Source: an archaeon
GTDB lineage: Archaea; Undinarchaeota; Undinarchaeia; Undinarchaeales; JBDRKL01
NCBI GenBank assembly: GCA_043814055.1
Contig: JBDRKL010000010.1
Coordinates: 64,001 to 128,000, forward strand
Direction of reading: 5' to 3'
Length of the DNA: 64,000 nt
Below are positions 1 to 11,015 of the stretch, piece after piece. Under the pieces are notes generated by a model. The model was not told the origin of the DNA. It did no database searches and saw only the letters and a program-made list of their open reading frames with translations. Both the position numbers and the translations under genes were made by a program. Every line of letters starts with the position of its first letter. Position 1 is the first letter of the stretch.

Positions 1-1
1 C

Positions 2-2050
2 GCAGACAGCACGCACAAAATATCCTGGGGCAAGATACAAGACCGCAACGGCATAGACCGCTATGAGTACCAGATTGATTATGGTGAGTGGCATAGTGTC
101 GGGGCTTCTGATAGTTTCAAGACACCAGAGCAGGCAGAGGGAATCCATACTATTTATGTCAGGGCAGTTGATGGGGCCGGCTTGGCCGGCAAGCCCGGGA
201 ATACCAGCATTTACATAGACCAGAGCGCGCCAAACACACCTGTTACAAAGGAATGGCACAGCGGGAAAAGCTGGAGCGCACACGATACGCCCTATTACGC
301 TTGGTCTGACCCAGGGGATTTAGGAAGCGGAGTAGCCAGCTATTTGGTAAGTGTTGACAACCAAACGCCAGTCAGCGTAGGGAATACGTCCTACCACCCA
401 ACATTAGGAACCGGTATGCATACTTTCAAAGTCAAGGCAGTTGATGCGCTTGGGCATGAAAGCGCTTGGTCTGATATAATAACAGTTTATATAGACACAA
501 CATCACCGAGGGTACTAGATGTGGGCTCTCCAACCCACCCGGATCAAGAAACAGTCTACATGGATAATATGCCTTACTTCAATTGGACTGAACCAAGTGA
601 CAACTCAGGAATTTATGGCTATTACTATCTTATAGACAATCTTGAGGGCACAATCCCAACTGAACTGTACTCCTGGGCTCCTGAACCTTTTGTAAACTTT
701 ACAGGATTTGGCAATCAGGTATATTCAGGCGCAACAAAGAAAGAGATGGGCTTGCCTGATGGCACATGGTACTTCCATGTAAGGGCAATAGACGTGGTTG
801 GAAATCTTGGGGCAGCCACTCACTACAAGGTAAACATCCTGACGAACGACCCGCCTGAGATTACTTTGTTGCAGCCAAATGGCGGTGAAATGTGGAGTGG
901 GGTGAAAGAGATAGCTTGGAACGCTTCTGACCCTGATGGTAATTTGCTTGAGTTTAGCGTTTCATACAGCACGGATGGGCTCGTTTATACCGAGATTGGT
1001 AACACAACTGAATTAAGTTATGGGTGGGACACTTCCACAGTAGAGGATATAGACACCTACACGATAAAAGTCGTTGCGAGCGATGGCAATGCAACTAGCG
1101 AAGACACTTCCGATATAAACTTCCTGATAGACAACACCAAGCCGGAAACAACAGACAATCACGACGAAGCGTGGCACACCCAGGAGGTAACAATAGAACT
1201 GGATGCAAACGATTCTTTCTCTGGTATTGCCGATACCTATTACATCATATACCAGGATGAAACGCCGCAGGAAACAAAGACAGTTAGCAGTGATGGCCAG
1301 CCGGTTGTGTCTTATGAGGATGATGACAACTGGGTTGAGTACTGGAGCATGGACAAAGCAGGGAACGAAGAGGGGCACAAGTTCGCCAAGAATATCAAAC
1401 TCGACAAAACCGCACCCAGCGTGAACATCTGGCTCGACCCAGCTCAAGAAGAGTACCCGAACACAGAACCACTCCCAGTACAACACTCAGCAACAGACCC
1501 GCAAGTCCAAGGCACGCCAAGCGGCATCGTGCAGACAACCTTTGACATAGACAGCACTCAGATTGAAGACCCAGCGAACATCTACAACTGGCTCGGAACA
1601 CACACAATAACACTGACAGCGACAGACATCGCAGGGAACATCAACGCTGCGCAGGTAGGATTCAACGTATACCTGCAGCTAATTGGCGAGGGACAAATAA
1701 AAATAACGCCAGAAGTTCTGAAAGTCAACCCAGGACTTCTAACCGCGCACACAACATTCCCAGAACCATACACAGGAGCTGAAATACTCAGCGCAACCTG
1801 CGACTACGCCACACACGACCAAATCGCAGACACGAACATCAAATTCAGACGCGAGGATGTTGAAACGGCGCTTGCTACGCGGGGAGAGGTACTTGACACA
1901 CACTTTGAAGTAGAAGGAACATTTGAGCACAATGACAATGTCTACAAGTTCAAGGGAAGCGATGATATAAGTAAAATAGTCAGTGCGGAAGAAACTGAGA
2001 CTGGAGAAATAGCCAGTGAAGAAGGAATAGGGGAAGAGGCGATACAATAG
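2..2050 (+). CDS. Large acidic surface protein with Ig-like/Fn3 repeats (5' truncated by window edge)
   Basis: Frame is open from base 2; repeated 'V(R/K)AxDxxGN/H' and 'IDxTxP' beta-sandwich boundary motifs; acidic composition. Confidence 0.75.
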   Translation, partial: ADSTHKISWGKIQDRNGIDRYEYQIDYGEWHSVGASDSFKTPEQAEGIHTIYVRAVDGAGLAGKPGNTSIYIDQSAPNTPVTKEWHSGKSWSAHDTPYYAWSDPGDLGSGVASYLVSVDNQTPVSVGNTSYHPTLGTGMHTFKVKAVDALGHESAWSDIITVYIDTTSPRVLDVGSPTHPDQETVYMDNMPYFNWTEPSDNSGIYGYYYLIDNLEGTIPTELYSWAPEPFVNFTGFGNQVYSGATKKEMGLPDGTWYFHVRAIDVVGNLGAATHYKVNILTNDPPEITLLQPNGGEMWSGVKEIAWNASDPDGNLLEFSVSYSTDGLVYTEIGNTTELSYGWDTSTVEDIDTYTIKVVASDGNATSEDTSDINFLIDNTKPETTDNHDEAWHTQEVTIELDANDSFSGIADTYYIIYQDETPQETKTVSSDGQPVVSYEDDDNWVEYWSMDKAGNEEGHKFAKNIKLDKTAPSVNIWLDPAQEEYPNTEPLPVQHSATDPQVQGTPSGIVQTTFDIDSTQIEDPANIYNWLGTHTITLTATDIAGNINAAQVGFNVYLQLIGEGQIKITPEVLKVNPGLLTAHTTFPEPYTGAEILSATCDYATHDQIADTNIKFRREDVETALATRGEVLDTHFEVEGTFEHNDNVYKFKGSDDISKIVSAEETETGEIASEEGIGEEAIQ

Positions 2051-2173
2051 CTTAGACTAGTGGGTTTTGCGGGACTACCCTAAAGTGGCAGATTGTTCAG
2101 GCATTCCGTCCTTTCCGTGAACGCTGTTAAAAAATCTTTATAAAGGTGGAACTACACTTTTATTTAGATAAAG

Positions 2174-5100
2174 ATGGCTTTAAAATCTCAGCTTAAATCT
2201 AGATTTCTTATAATCTCCATTATTTTTTTCCTGCTCTTCGGGGCTGTGGCGGTTTTTGCAGTTTATACCCCAACACCATCCGCGCCAATGCTTTGCACTC
2301 CTGATGTTGCGCACGACAAAGTAAGTTGCAGGGTTGGCGGAGACGGCAACAGGGACCCGTCTTTCTCCTGGCGCGACGGAATAAACATAGACCCAGTCAG
2401 CCAGTATTGGTCTGGGGACAACCCTGGCATGCGAATTGTTGGCCTTGATATTCCAAACAAATGCAAGATAGACCTCAGAATAGAAGGCATTTTGTGCAAC
2501 CGGCTAGACCCTTTTCCCTCATTTGAAGTGCACAAGGAGGGCACAGTCAGCGGTAATGCGTGCTTTATGGACATGGTTGACTTGCCTTTTGGGGTGGGTG
2601 GGATTTGGAACGGGTGCACAGACGTTAATGCCCCGCCTTTTGTTAACGGGGGAGTGACCTATTATTATGAAGAGCCAGCACCAGTATGCAATGATGAGTG
2701 CAGTACAGGCCAATATTCCTGTAATGGCAGTGCGCGAATTGAGTGCGGCAACTTTGACGGGGATTCCTGTCTTGAGTGGGGCAATAAGATTGATTGTGAG
2801 TATGGATGTGCGCTTGGGGTTTGCGAAGAGCCAGAACCCTTATTATATAATATTTCAGAAAAGCTTTATTTCCAGGCAGAGCCTTATCTGGAAAATACCT
2901 ATGTTAATATGGAAGATGAGTGGCAAAAAATAAGCCTCTCTCAATACCAGAAGGTCACCGCCACCGAGCCGTCATTTTTCTTTATGCAGGTTGATGAGAA
3001 CACACGAACCTTTGCGTATGATTATCCCTCTGCTTCTCTGGGTGTAAGCGACAGCTGGGCTGAGCGAAAAGCGAAAATATACGTTGAGCATCCAAAGGGC
3101 TATTCTATGAGTGGAGCATCGGTTTACACAAGCATACCTGTTAGCGATACTATTTCAATATGTGTTGGTAACGCGGTCAATGACAAGATAAACAACCTGC
3201 CAATAGAAGTTTTTGAGACACTTGGCAAAAAAGCCATTGAAGAAGCAGCCAAAGAAGGGGTTATCTGGGCTTCAGGAGTTGGCATACTCCTCGAGTCAAA
3301 GAAAGCGATGGATGTTGCAAAATTTGTTGCCTGTACTCAGGAAGATGAGAATAATTATGTTTATATTGGCACGACAAACGAGGACGGCTATGCAGAGGTC
3401 TGGCTTAGGGAAGGTCAGGATACAGAGATGATGGCTCGTTGGTATGATCTTAACACGCTCTACGGCGGGGTTTCTGTTGTGAATCAATACGGATTCCAGG
3501 GCTCAAAGAACGTGAAAATTGAAGAATGGATGGGTGGAGTTCCTGAATTCACGATAAGCACAAAGGGCAAGGCGCGTGTAATAACTATTCGCGACGAGAC
3601 TCAGAAGGATATCGACGAAGAGTTAGAGCAAATTTCCAGCTTCTTTGAGAACGAATACGGCATTGAAGTGAATCACTGGACTGCTGATGACTGGGCTTAC
3701 GCTCCAAAACCGCCTGTTGGCGGGGATGGTACTGACTTGAAAATTTACCTTGCACGCCTGGATTCCCTGCCTGGTGGTTCGCCAAATAATATTGGAGTGA
3801 ACTTCCAGAACTACAATCCAACCCTAGTTTATGAGGGTGTTGCGTGGCAGGTTTTTGATGGCACTAATTGGTATGAAGGTGATGTTTTTGGACTGGTTGC
3901 TGCCGAATCAAGCTTAAAGAAATTTTTAATAGCTGGCCTTGGTAAAAACGGATTTGAAACTGCTGTTGACGCATTCACATCAAAAGAAATGAACAAGGTC
4001 GTCAAGTGGACAGATCCTGTGCAATATGAAACTCTCAAATCGCACGTTTATCAGATTAAAGGCGCAAGCACAGTAGATATCTGGGAAGCAAAAGTTTGTA
4101 TTTCAGGCCCTAAAGACGATTGCAAAAACACAAACTCAAATGGAATTGCAGATTTTGGAAAAGTTCCAACAGGAACTTACACAATCAGTGTTGAAAAGAA
4201 AGGTTATTCAGTTGATTCAACAACTCCTTCTCCACGCCAAGTTGATTTAAACAGCCCAGGCTCAACCCAGTGGGTGAACTTTGGGATGACTGCTAACGAG
4301 TGGAATTACGAAATGCCAGAAGAAGTCCGAGTAAGTGAGCGATTCTATGTATACACCAACTTCACAAACGTGGGTGACGAGCTTGTTGAGTTCTCCTACA
4401 GCACAGAGCTTCGCGGCGCAAAGTTCACGCGGCTTATGCTTCAAGGAACAACAGTCTTCCTTGCTCCTGGAAATTCAGAGCGCGCCCGATGGGAATTCAG
4501 CGCAGACCAGGAAGGCGAAGGAACGCTATGGATAATCAAGGGCAATCAGGAAATAAATACAGGCAAGAAAATCAAGGTCGGTCCACTGCCTGATTTGGTT
4601 GCTTACATCCAGAAAATAGATGTGTGGGACTACGGCGGGCGAGTGGGGACTGATTTCCAGGTGAGTGTGGAGGTTAGGAACCGGGAGAACTACTCCGTCA
4701 ACATTACAGTTGAAATGGTAAACAAGAGCAATAACGCTGTTCTCGAAAAACATAGTTTGATACAGGTGCCCTATGGGTGGAGCATATACGGTTTTCAGGT
4801 TTGGCGCGAGGCAAATCCAGTTGATTACGTGTTCAATGTACGGTATGACGGCGCGGTAATTGACAGCAAGGACTTTACAGCTCAGGCAGGCACACAGGTT
4901 AATGTGCCTCCTGCGCCAACCAGCATAGGAGGCGGCTCTCCAAGCGTTAGAAGCCCAGCGCCTGCGAACTTGCCAGCAGATGCACCAATCGCAGGTGATA
5001 GCTCAAGTGGATCTCAAAACGCACTGCCTTCAATGCCACGCAATATCCAGCAAGATACATTTTCTACACCTGCTCAAAATGGGCCAACTGGAATGATTTC

Positions 5101-5182
5101 AGCAATAAGCAGCTTTCCAGCCCATATTGTTAATGTTTTGAACAATGCCTGGAGCTTTATTATAGGATTATTTAGCTGGTGA
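2174..5182 (+). CDS. Secreted multidomain surface protein (Cys-rich module, Ig/CARDB-like domains, Pro/Ser-rich tail)
   Basis: 1002-aa ORF; N-terminal signal peptide; CNDEC...CEYGC module; TTTATAAA box about 30 nt upstream. Confidence 0.7.
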   Translation: MALKSQLKSRFLIISIIFFLLFGAVAVFAVYTPTPSAPMLCTPDVAHDKVSCRVGGDGNRDPSFSWRDGINIDPVSQYWSGDNPGMRIVGLDIPNKCKIDLRIEGILCNRLDPFPSFEVHKEGTVSGNACFMDMVDLPFGVGGIWNGCTDVNAPPFVNGGVTYYYEEPAPVCNDECSTGQYSCNGSARIECGNFDGDSCLEWGNKIDCEYGCALGVCEEPEPLLYNISEKLYFQAEPYLENTYVNMEDEWQKISLSQYQKVTATEPSFFFMQVDENTRTFAYDYPSASLGVSDSWAERKAKIYVEHPKGYSMSGASVYTSIPVSDTISICVGNAVNDKINNLPIEVFETLGKKAIEEAAKEGVIWASGVGILLESKKAMDVAKFVACTQEDENNYVYIGTTNEDGYAEVWLREGQDTEMMARWYDLNTLYGGVSVVNQYGFQGSKNVKIEEWMGGVPEFTISTKGKARVITIRDETQKDIDEELEQISSFFENEYGIEVNHWTADDWAYAPKPPVGGDGTDLKIYLARLDSLPGGSPNNIGVNFQNYNPTLVYEGVAWQVFDGTNWYEGDVFGLVAAESSLKKFLIAGLGKNGFETAVDAFTSKEMNKVVKWTDPVQYETLKSHVYQIKGASTVDIWEAKVCISGPKDDCKNTNSNGIADFGKVPTGTYTISVEKKGYSVDSTTPSPRQVDLNSPGSTQWVNFGMTANEWNYEMPEEVRVSERFYVYTNFTNVGDELVEFSYSTELRGAKFTRLMLQGTTVFLAPGNSERARWEFSADQEGEGTLWIIKGNQEINTGKKIKVGPLPDLVAYIQKIDVWDYGGRVGTDFQVSVEVRNRENYSVNITVEMVNKSNNAVLEKHSLIQVPYGWSIYGFQVWREANPVDYVFNVRYDGAVIDSKDFTAQAGTQVNVPPAPTSIGGGSPSVRSPAPANLPADAPIAGDSSSGSQNALPSMPRNIQQDTFSTPAQNGPTGMISAISSFPAHIVNVLNNAWSFIIGLFSW

Positions 5183-5183
5183 G

Positions 5184-5519
5184 CTAAATAACAATCTCCA
5201 GGTCGTTGACGCTTTTGCGTCCAAGGGCAGTTGCGAGAGCTTGCTTCTTTTCCTGCAGGTCCAGAACTGACATATTTGGAAGGCTTACAATCACAATCGG
5301 CTTGCCCAGCTCATCCTCGCCAATTGTAATATCCTGCAGTTTTAGCTGAACGTCCGCAATGCTGTTCACACGCTCAATAAAAGTCCTGAACTTGCTGGGT
5401 TTTGTGAGCATAGTGCTCTTCTGTTCCAGCAGATTGCGCTCGGTGTAGCCTTCAAGCAGCCTAAATTTTACATTTATCATGCTTCTAATCGCCATATTAA
5501 CATCCTCAGAAATGCTCAA
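5184..5519 (-). CDS. Hypothetical protein
   Basis: 111-aa ORF overlapping the stop of the upstream transporter gene. Confidence 0.55.
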   Translation of the reverse strand: MSISEDVNMAIRSMINVKFRLLEGYTERNLLEQKSTMLTKPSKFRTFIERVNSIADVQLKLQDITIGEDELGKPIVIVSLPNMSVLDLQEKKQALATALGRKSVNDLEIVI

Positions 5520-6564
5520 TAAGCTCTCTTAGTATGTGCCGTTTCTCAACATAGAGCTGAAGTATTGCCTGGGCGAGTCCTAGCACTAAAGGTCCAATGA
5601 CTATGCCCTTCATGCCCATTATGAGCGGCCCGCATATGAATCCCAGAATTATAAGCATTGGATGTATCTCAGAGCCAATCATTACCAGCTTCGGCCTTAT
5701 GTAAAAGTCCGGGATGAGTGTCAAAACTATTGCGCCGAATGCCAGAAACACAAGCCCGCCTGTTGGGTCACCTAGGAACATTATGTGCCAGAGCCCCAGC
5801 GGGACATACATGAACCACGGTCCAATCAGCGGCAGGAATGCTATGATAAACATCATTATTGTTAGCAGTCCCAGGAATAGCATATCAGGCCTGAATATTG
5901 CCCAGTACCCTGCCCCGAACAAGAGCGCTATTATCACTGACGTGAAAAAGTGCCCGACAAACAGGCCATAGCATATCTTGTGGAACGACATCATTAGTTC
6001 TTGTATGAATTTTTCGCGCTTTGGAATCTGTGTGTCTAGGAATTTCTTGACAAGCGGAGCCTCAAATACGAAATAGAACGCTGATATGAAGAAAATCGCG
6101 AATTTAAGGAATATTTCTATGAGCCAGGTCGGATGGAGCACATTGGCCCCTATGCCGTTTGTGAAACTTATGAGAAGTTTTCCAACTTCAGAAGCAATCC
6201 GCTCGCTTACAATGCTAAGCCCTGCTGCGTCCAGCCCAATCTTGAGGTCAGACAGGAACCTGCCGGACTGGATGTGCTGCATGTTATTTATGAACCAGTG
6301 GAGCATATAGTTGATGCCGTACACTGTGGCGAGTATCAATGGCACCATTACGATTATGACAGCAGTGAGCGAGGCCATTAGCCAGCGCATACGCGGTTCA
6401 GTCTTGCCCTTGTTGAGCTTCTTAGCTACTGGGAATGTAATGTACGCAAGCGCAAGCCCAAATAAAAGAACATCCAAGAATCGCCATATTACAACCAGAG
6501 ACATTGCAAGTATGAGTATTAATAGGGCTAATCCAAAAAATTTCCAGCTTCTAGTTTGTGTCAT
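5506..6564 (-). CDS. AI-2E (PerM/UPF0118) family membrane transporter
   Basis: Multiple TM helices; 'FLPLIGP', 'IRPKL', 'IHPMLIILGFICG...GIVIGP' motifs. Confidence 0.85.
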   Translation of the reverse strand: MTQTRSWKFFGLALLILILAMSLVVIWRFLDVLLFGLALAYITFPVAKKLNKGKTEPRMRWLMASLTAVIIVMVPLILATVYGINYMLHWFINNMQHIQSGRFLSDLKIGLDAAGLSIVSERIASEVGKLLISFTNGIGANVLHPTWLIEIFLKFAIFFISAFYFVFEAPLVKKFLDTQIPKREKFIQELMMSFHKICYGLFVGHFFTSVIIALLFGAGYWAIFRPDMLFLGLLTIMMFIIAFLPLIGPWFMYVPLGLWHIMFLGDPTGGLVFLAFGAIVLTLIPDFYIRPKLVMIGSEIHPMLIILGFICGPLIMGMKGIVIGPLVLGLAQAILQLYVEKRHILRELIEHF

Positions 6565-6647
6565 CTATCTCCCGGTTCTTGTATTGCGTATTTAGGTATT
6601 TAAAGGTAGTGATAATGCTTTTATACCTGAAATCTTTATACACAGTT

Positions 6648-7157
6648 ATGGATAAAGACACAATTCATTTTATATTAACTGGTGGAACTATTGATAGTTA
6701 CTTGGATGGTAAAAAAGATGCAATAGTTACTCTGAAAAAATCATTTTTACCAGAGTATCTGAACTCATTATCTCTCTATATTAAATTCAAGTTCACTGAG
6801 CTTTTTATGAAGGACAGCCGGCAGATAACCGAAGCTGACTTAAAATTAATCAAAAAAACTATAGATGGGTCTGAATACAAAAAAATTATTCTCACACACG
6901 GAACTTACACAATGGCAGATACTGCAAGATATTTGAAGGCAAATCTAAAACGAAAAGATCAAGTAGTAGTTTTAATGGGTTCATTCTTGCCTCTGAAAGA
7001 ATTCCCTCTTTCTGATGGTGCATTTAACTTGGGTTTTGCAATAGCAAAAGCGCAAACCTTGAAACCCGGGGTTTACATCTTTATGAACGGTAAGGAATTC
7101 GAGGCAGACGAAGCTGCAAAATTAGTAAGTGAAGGTCGATTTATATCGGTTAAGTGA
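6648..7157 (+). CDS. Short asparaginase-domain protein
   Basis: 'ILTGGTID' and 'THGTYTM' motifs; start moved to ATG 6648. Confidence 0.8.
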   Translation: MDKDTIHFILTGGTIDSYLDGKKDAIVTLKKSFLPEYLNSLSLYIKFKFTELFMKDSRQITEADLKLIKKTIDGSEYKKIILTHGTYTMADTARYLKANLKRKDQVVVLMGSFLPLKEFPLSDGAFNLGFAIAKAQTLKPGVYIFMNGKEFEADEAAKLVSEGRFISVK

Positions 7158-8255
7158 TTACCCTTCAACTTTAAACCGCAAAATCGCTGCGTACCCACCG
7201 AACTGTGAAATTTGCTGTCCTTCGCGGGTCTCGTTTGAAATGATTTGAACTTCTGTTGCAGTCTGCTGTGCAGTCTCAGTCAATTCTTCAATCTTTTCCT
7301 CGTCCAAATCCTCTGAAAGCATTAAAACTTCAATCGCGCCCATCGCAAGCGCCTTGCGCACATCCTCTTCGCCGTATGTAGCGAGCCCGGTGTCCTTGCC
7401 CAAATGCCCAAGGAACTTGTCCACAAGATGCTTCTCCTTCATCACCGCGGCTTCCTTGAGAATGTCATCTGACTTCTCTATGAGCTCGCGGAGCCCTTGC
7501 TCGCCTGTGTAGCCGATATCCAGAATGCCGAGCACTTTCTCACGCAAGTCAGTGTGTATGTGCTCTTTGTCCATCAATTCAGTTTTTGTAGGCCCTGGCC
7601 CGCCAACAATAATTCCTTTTAAGTTCTCCTCTTTCTTGAATATGGTGTTCGCTGCTTCGCTCACTTCCTTGTAAAAGTCATTCGCCATTCCCTCAATCAT
7701 CCTAGCGAACCTCTGCGCTGACTGCCCGCCTGCCCTGAACTTGCCAGGGATTAGCGAGTCAAAGCTCTCTACAATGTCAAGCCGTGTGCCTTTCAGGAAC
7801 GCGATGTCCGCATGCTGTCTTTCAATAACTATGAGCCCGTAGGTCTCGCGGCTCTCAAGCATGTCCTCCAGTGGCTCAAGCACGAACTTCTGCGAGCAGC
7901 GGTAAAGGTTCATATTGAGCGGCTTTGGCGGGGTAATGCTCTCCATCAGGAAGTCATCGCGGCCCTCGTTCTCCGAGACATTGCCGCAGAACACCGCGAG
8001 CCCGTTCTTCGGGGTCTGCTTAAACTGCTTGAAATGCTGTAGAATTTTAGTCAGCGCTGTGCCAACGTTCTTGCGCGTTGTCGCGCTCTTGATGTTTGAC
8101 GCAGTGCCCTGCTCCTCAAACAAGCGCCCGGCTGCCTTGTCCAGGTTGTAGCCGTCTGCGATGTAAACTGTGATTAGCTCAGTGTGCCTGCCACGCTTTG
8201 ACCTGAGCTCGCGGAGCTTTTTCTTCAGTTCGTGGAGTTGTTGTTCGTCGGTCAT
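7158..8255 (-). CDS. prf1: Peptide chain release factor aRF1
   Basis: NIKS, YRC and GGQS motifs. Confidence 0.97.
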   Translation of the reverse strand: MTDEQQLHELKKKLRELRSKRGRHTELITVYIADGYNLDKAAGRLFEEQGTASNIKSATTRKNVGTALTKILQHFKQFKQTPKNGLAVFCGNVSENEGRDDFLMESITPPKPLNMNLYRCSQKFVLEPLEDMLESRETYGLIVIERQHADIAFLKGTRLDIVESFDSLIPGKFRAGGQSAQRFARMIEGMANDFYKEVSEAANTIFKKEENLKGIIVGGPGPTKTELMDKEHIHTDLREKVLGILDIGYTGEQGLRELIEKSDDILKEAAVMKEKHLVDKFLGHLGKDTGLATYGEEDVRKALAMGAIEVLMLSEDLDEEKIEELTETAQQTATEVQIISNETREGQQISQFGGYAAILRFKVEG

Positions 8256-8584
8256 CCCAGCTTGTCGCCCTCCTTAACTTCCTGCTCCGGCTGCATTAGC
8301 ACAACGCCCTGGTCTGAATACGTGCCTAGCACGAGAACTTCAGACATGAAATTGCCAATTTGCTTTGGGGGAAAATTCACAACAGCCATAACTTGTTTTC
8401 CCACCAAATCTTCTGGCTTGTAAAGCTCTGTGAGTTGTGCGCTTGTTTTTTTTATTCCCATATGACCAAAGTCAATCTCCATTTTGTATGCGGGTACTTT
8501 TGCACCTTCAAACGACTCTGCTTTCAGCACTTTGCCTACCCTAATATCAACCTTCATGAAATCCGCGAATGTTATCTCAGGCAT
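8252..8584 (-). CDS. csaA: tRNA-binding OB-fold protein (CsaA/Trbp111)
   Basis: 'VDIRVG', 'VVNFPPKQIGNFMSEVLVLG' CsaA signature. Confidence 0.9.
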   Translation of the reverse strand: MPEITFADFMKVDIRVGKVLKAESFEGAKVPAYKMEIDFGHMGIKKTSAQLTELYKPEDLVGKQVMAVVNFPPKQIGNFMSEVLVLGTYSDQGVVLMQPEQEVKEGDKLG

Positions 8585-10973
8585 CCAAACTCACCTTCAG
8601 CCCTTCCCCTTCCTTAATCACAACTTCTTCAGCCCGCGCAGTGCCTTTTATGTCAAGTTCCAGCAACCCAAGCAACTTCTTGTTGCCTTCAATCGTGACT
8701 GTCTTAACCTCAGCTCCGAGCGATATGCTCTTCTCCTGCTTTGCCTGCCGCACTCCAGCCACAACCTGCAGGAGAAGCTCGCCAGCTTCCTTTGCCTCTG
8801 CATCAATCCATTCTTCCTTAACTTCAGGCCACTTTGAAGTGTGAATGCTCTTCTCTTTCTCTCTCTTTGCGTAGCTCCAGCTGAAAATTTCCTCAGTTAT
8901 GAACGGCATAATCGGCGCCATCATCTTCAAACATGAAAGCAGAACGTGATAAAGCGTGTACTGCGCGCCTTCCTTGCCCTCAGGGTACTTGTCCGGGTTG
9001 TACAGCCTGTCCTTAACAATTTCCAGATAATTGTCGCAAAGAATGTGCCAGAAGAAATTCTCCACATTCATCTTGGTTTTTGAATACTCATATTTCTCAA
9101 AGAAATCAGTTGATTCCTGCACTATATCATTCAATTTTGCAAGAATCCACTTGTCCACAACCCTGAGCTTCTCTTCCCCAGTCGGCTTGTAGCCCTCTAG
9201 GTGCATCTGTACGAACTTTGACGCATTGAATAGCTTGGTCGCGAACTTCATTCCGGTCTGCAGGTCTTTTTCCTGGAACGGCATATCCTCGCCGAGCGTT
9301 GAGCCAGCTGCCCAGAAGCGCAGCGCGTCCGCGGAGTATTTCTCAATTGTTGCCTGCGGCTCAACCACGTTGCCCTTTGACTTTGACATCTTCTTGCCTT
9401 TTGGGTCAAGCGCCCAGCCGCTAATCATTATGTCCTTCCACGGCGGCTTGTTGTAGTACAGTTTTGATTTTACCACAGTATTGAAGAGCCAGAACGTAAT
9501 TATGTCGTGCGCCTGTGGTCTGAGGCTCATCGGGAAGAGCTTGTCAAACAGTTCAGGGTATAGCCCGGCTGCAATCTGCGGTGTATGAGAGCTGGTCATC
9601 CAGGTGTCAAACACGTCCTTCTCAGGCTCAAAGTCGCTTGAGCCGCACTTGCACTTCTGCTTTGGCTTGTCCTTGAGCGGGTCAACAGGCAATTGCGACT
9701 CGTCAGCAATAATTGATTCCCCGCACTTTTTGCAATACCACACTGGAAGCGGAACTCCGAAGTGCCTCTGCCGCGAGATGCACCAGTCCCACTTAAGCCC
9801 GTCAATCCAGTTGTCATACCTGTGCTTCATGTACGCTGGGAACCAGTTCATCTCTCCCCCTGCGCCGAGGAAGTCAGCTTTCAGGTCCATGTAGCGGATG
9901 AACCACTGCTCAGTCATCAGAATTTCAAGGTCTGTTCCGCACTTGTCGTGCGTATTCACAACGTGCTTCATCGGCTCTGCTTTCTCAAGCCGTCCATCCT
10001 TTTCCAGGTCCTGGGTGATTGCGTCGCGCGCCTCTTTCATCTTCAAGCCTTTGTACTGACCAGCTTTCTCATTGAGCGTGCCGTCCTTGTTAAGTATTTC
10101 AATCGGGGTTATGCCAAAGTCCTCAACCCACTGAACATCGTCCATATCTCCAAATGTGCAGTGATACACAGCTCCAGTTCCGAACTCAGGATCAGCGTCT
10201 TTGTTAGCATAAATCTCAACTTCCCTGTCAAAACCAAGTGGTAGAATCGCTTTTTTACCCACAAATTCCTTGTAGCGCTTGTCATTTGGGTGCACGAAAA
10301 CTGCAACGCAGGCTGGCAAAAGCTCAGGCCTTGTTGTTGCGATTGTGATTGGCTTTCCCTCAGTTGTGTCCATTTTGAAGTAAACGAATTTTGATTCGCG
10401 CTCCTCGTCCTTCATCTCCACCTGCGCAATCGCGGTCTGGCACTCCGGGCACCACATGAATGGGCTCCGCTTGCGATAAACGCGGTTTATCTTGTGCAAA
10501 TCCAGGAAAGATTTCTGCGCTATTTTCTGGCAGTGCTCATTGATTGTTGTGTAAGTAACATTAAAATCAGCAGAAGTTCCGATGCGCTTCCAGTCCTCAA
10601 TATACTGCGGTCTAAGCTCTTTCTCAAGTGTTTCAAGGCAGAGCTTGACGAAATCAGCGCGCTCCATCCGGGTTGATTTGACTTTCTTCATCTTCTCAAT
10701 CAAGCGCTCAGTAGGGAGTCCGTTGTCGTCAGTTCCGAAAGGGTAGAAGAGGTTGTAGCCGCGCATTCGCTTGTACCGCGCGACAAAGTCCATTTGAGAG
10801 TATGAAAAAGCGTGTCCTATGTGCATTTTGCCTGAGACAGTTGGTGGCGGAGTGTCTATTGAATAAATAGGCGCATTGCTCTTTGGGTCAAAGGCGTAAG
10901 TTTTGTCCTTGTCCCAAGTGTCGCGCCACTTCTTCTCGGCTTCCTTTGCGTTATAGTGCTTGGATGGGTCCAT
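8577..10973 (-). CDS. valS: Valine--tRNA ligase (archaeal type)
   Basis: 'IDTPPPTVSG', HIGH, 'WCISRQR', KMSKS. Confidence 0.97.
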   Translation of the reverse strand: MDPSKHYNAKEAEKKWRDTWDKDKTYAFDPKSNAPIYSIDTPPPTVSGKMHIGHAFSYSQMDFVARYKRMRGYNLFYPFGTDDNGLPTERLIEKMKKVKSTRMERADFVKLCLETLEKELRPQYIEDWKRIGTSADFNVTYTTINEHCQKIAQKSFLDLHKINRVYRKRSPFMWCPECQTAIAQVEMKDEERESKFVYFKMDTTEGKPITIATTRPELLPACVAVFVHPNDKRYKEFVGKKAILPLGFDREVEIYANKDADPEFGTGAVYHCTFGDMDDVQWVEDFGITPIEILNKDGTLNEKAGQYKGLKMKEARDAITQDLEKDGRLEKAEPMKHVVNTHDKCGTDLEILMTEQWFIRYMDLKADFLGAGGEMNWFPAYMKHRYDNWIDGLKWDWCISRQRHFGVPLPVWYCKKCGESIIADESQLPVDPLKDKPKQKCKCGSSDFEPEKDVFDTWMTSSHTPQIAAGLYPELFDKLFPMSLRPQAHDIITFWLFNTVVKSKLYYNKPPWKDIMISGWALDPKGKKMSKSKGNVVEPQATIEKYSADALRFWAAGSTLGEDMPFQEKDLQTGMKFATKLFNASKFVQMHLEGYKPTGEEKLRVVDKWILAKLNDIVQESTDFFEKYEYSKTKMNVENFFWHILCDNYLEIVKDRLYNPDKYPEGKEGAQYTLYHVLLSCLKMMAPIMPFITEEIFSWSYAKREKEKSIHTSKWPEVKEEWIDAEAKEAGELLLQVVAGVRQAKQEKSISLGAEVKTVTIEGNKKLLGLLELDIKGTARAEEVVIKEGEGLKVSLDA

Positions 10974-11015
10974 TTTAAGATTTTAAAAGAATATGAGCCG
11001 GGCTAAACCCGATGT

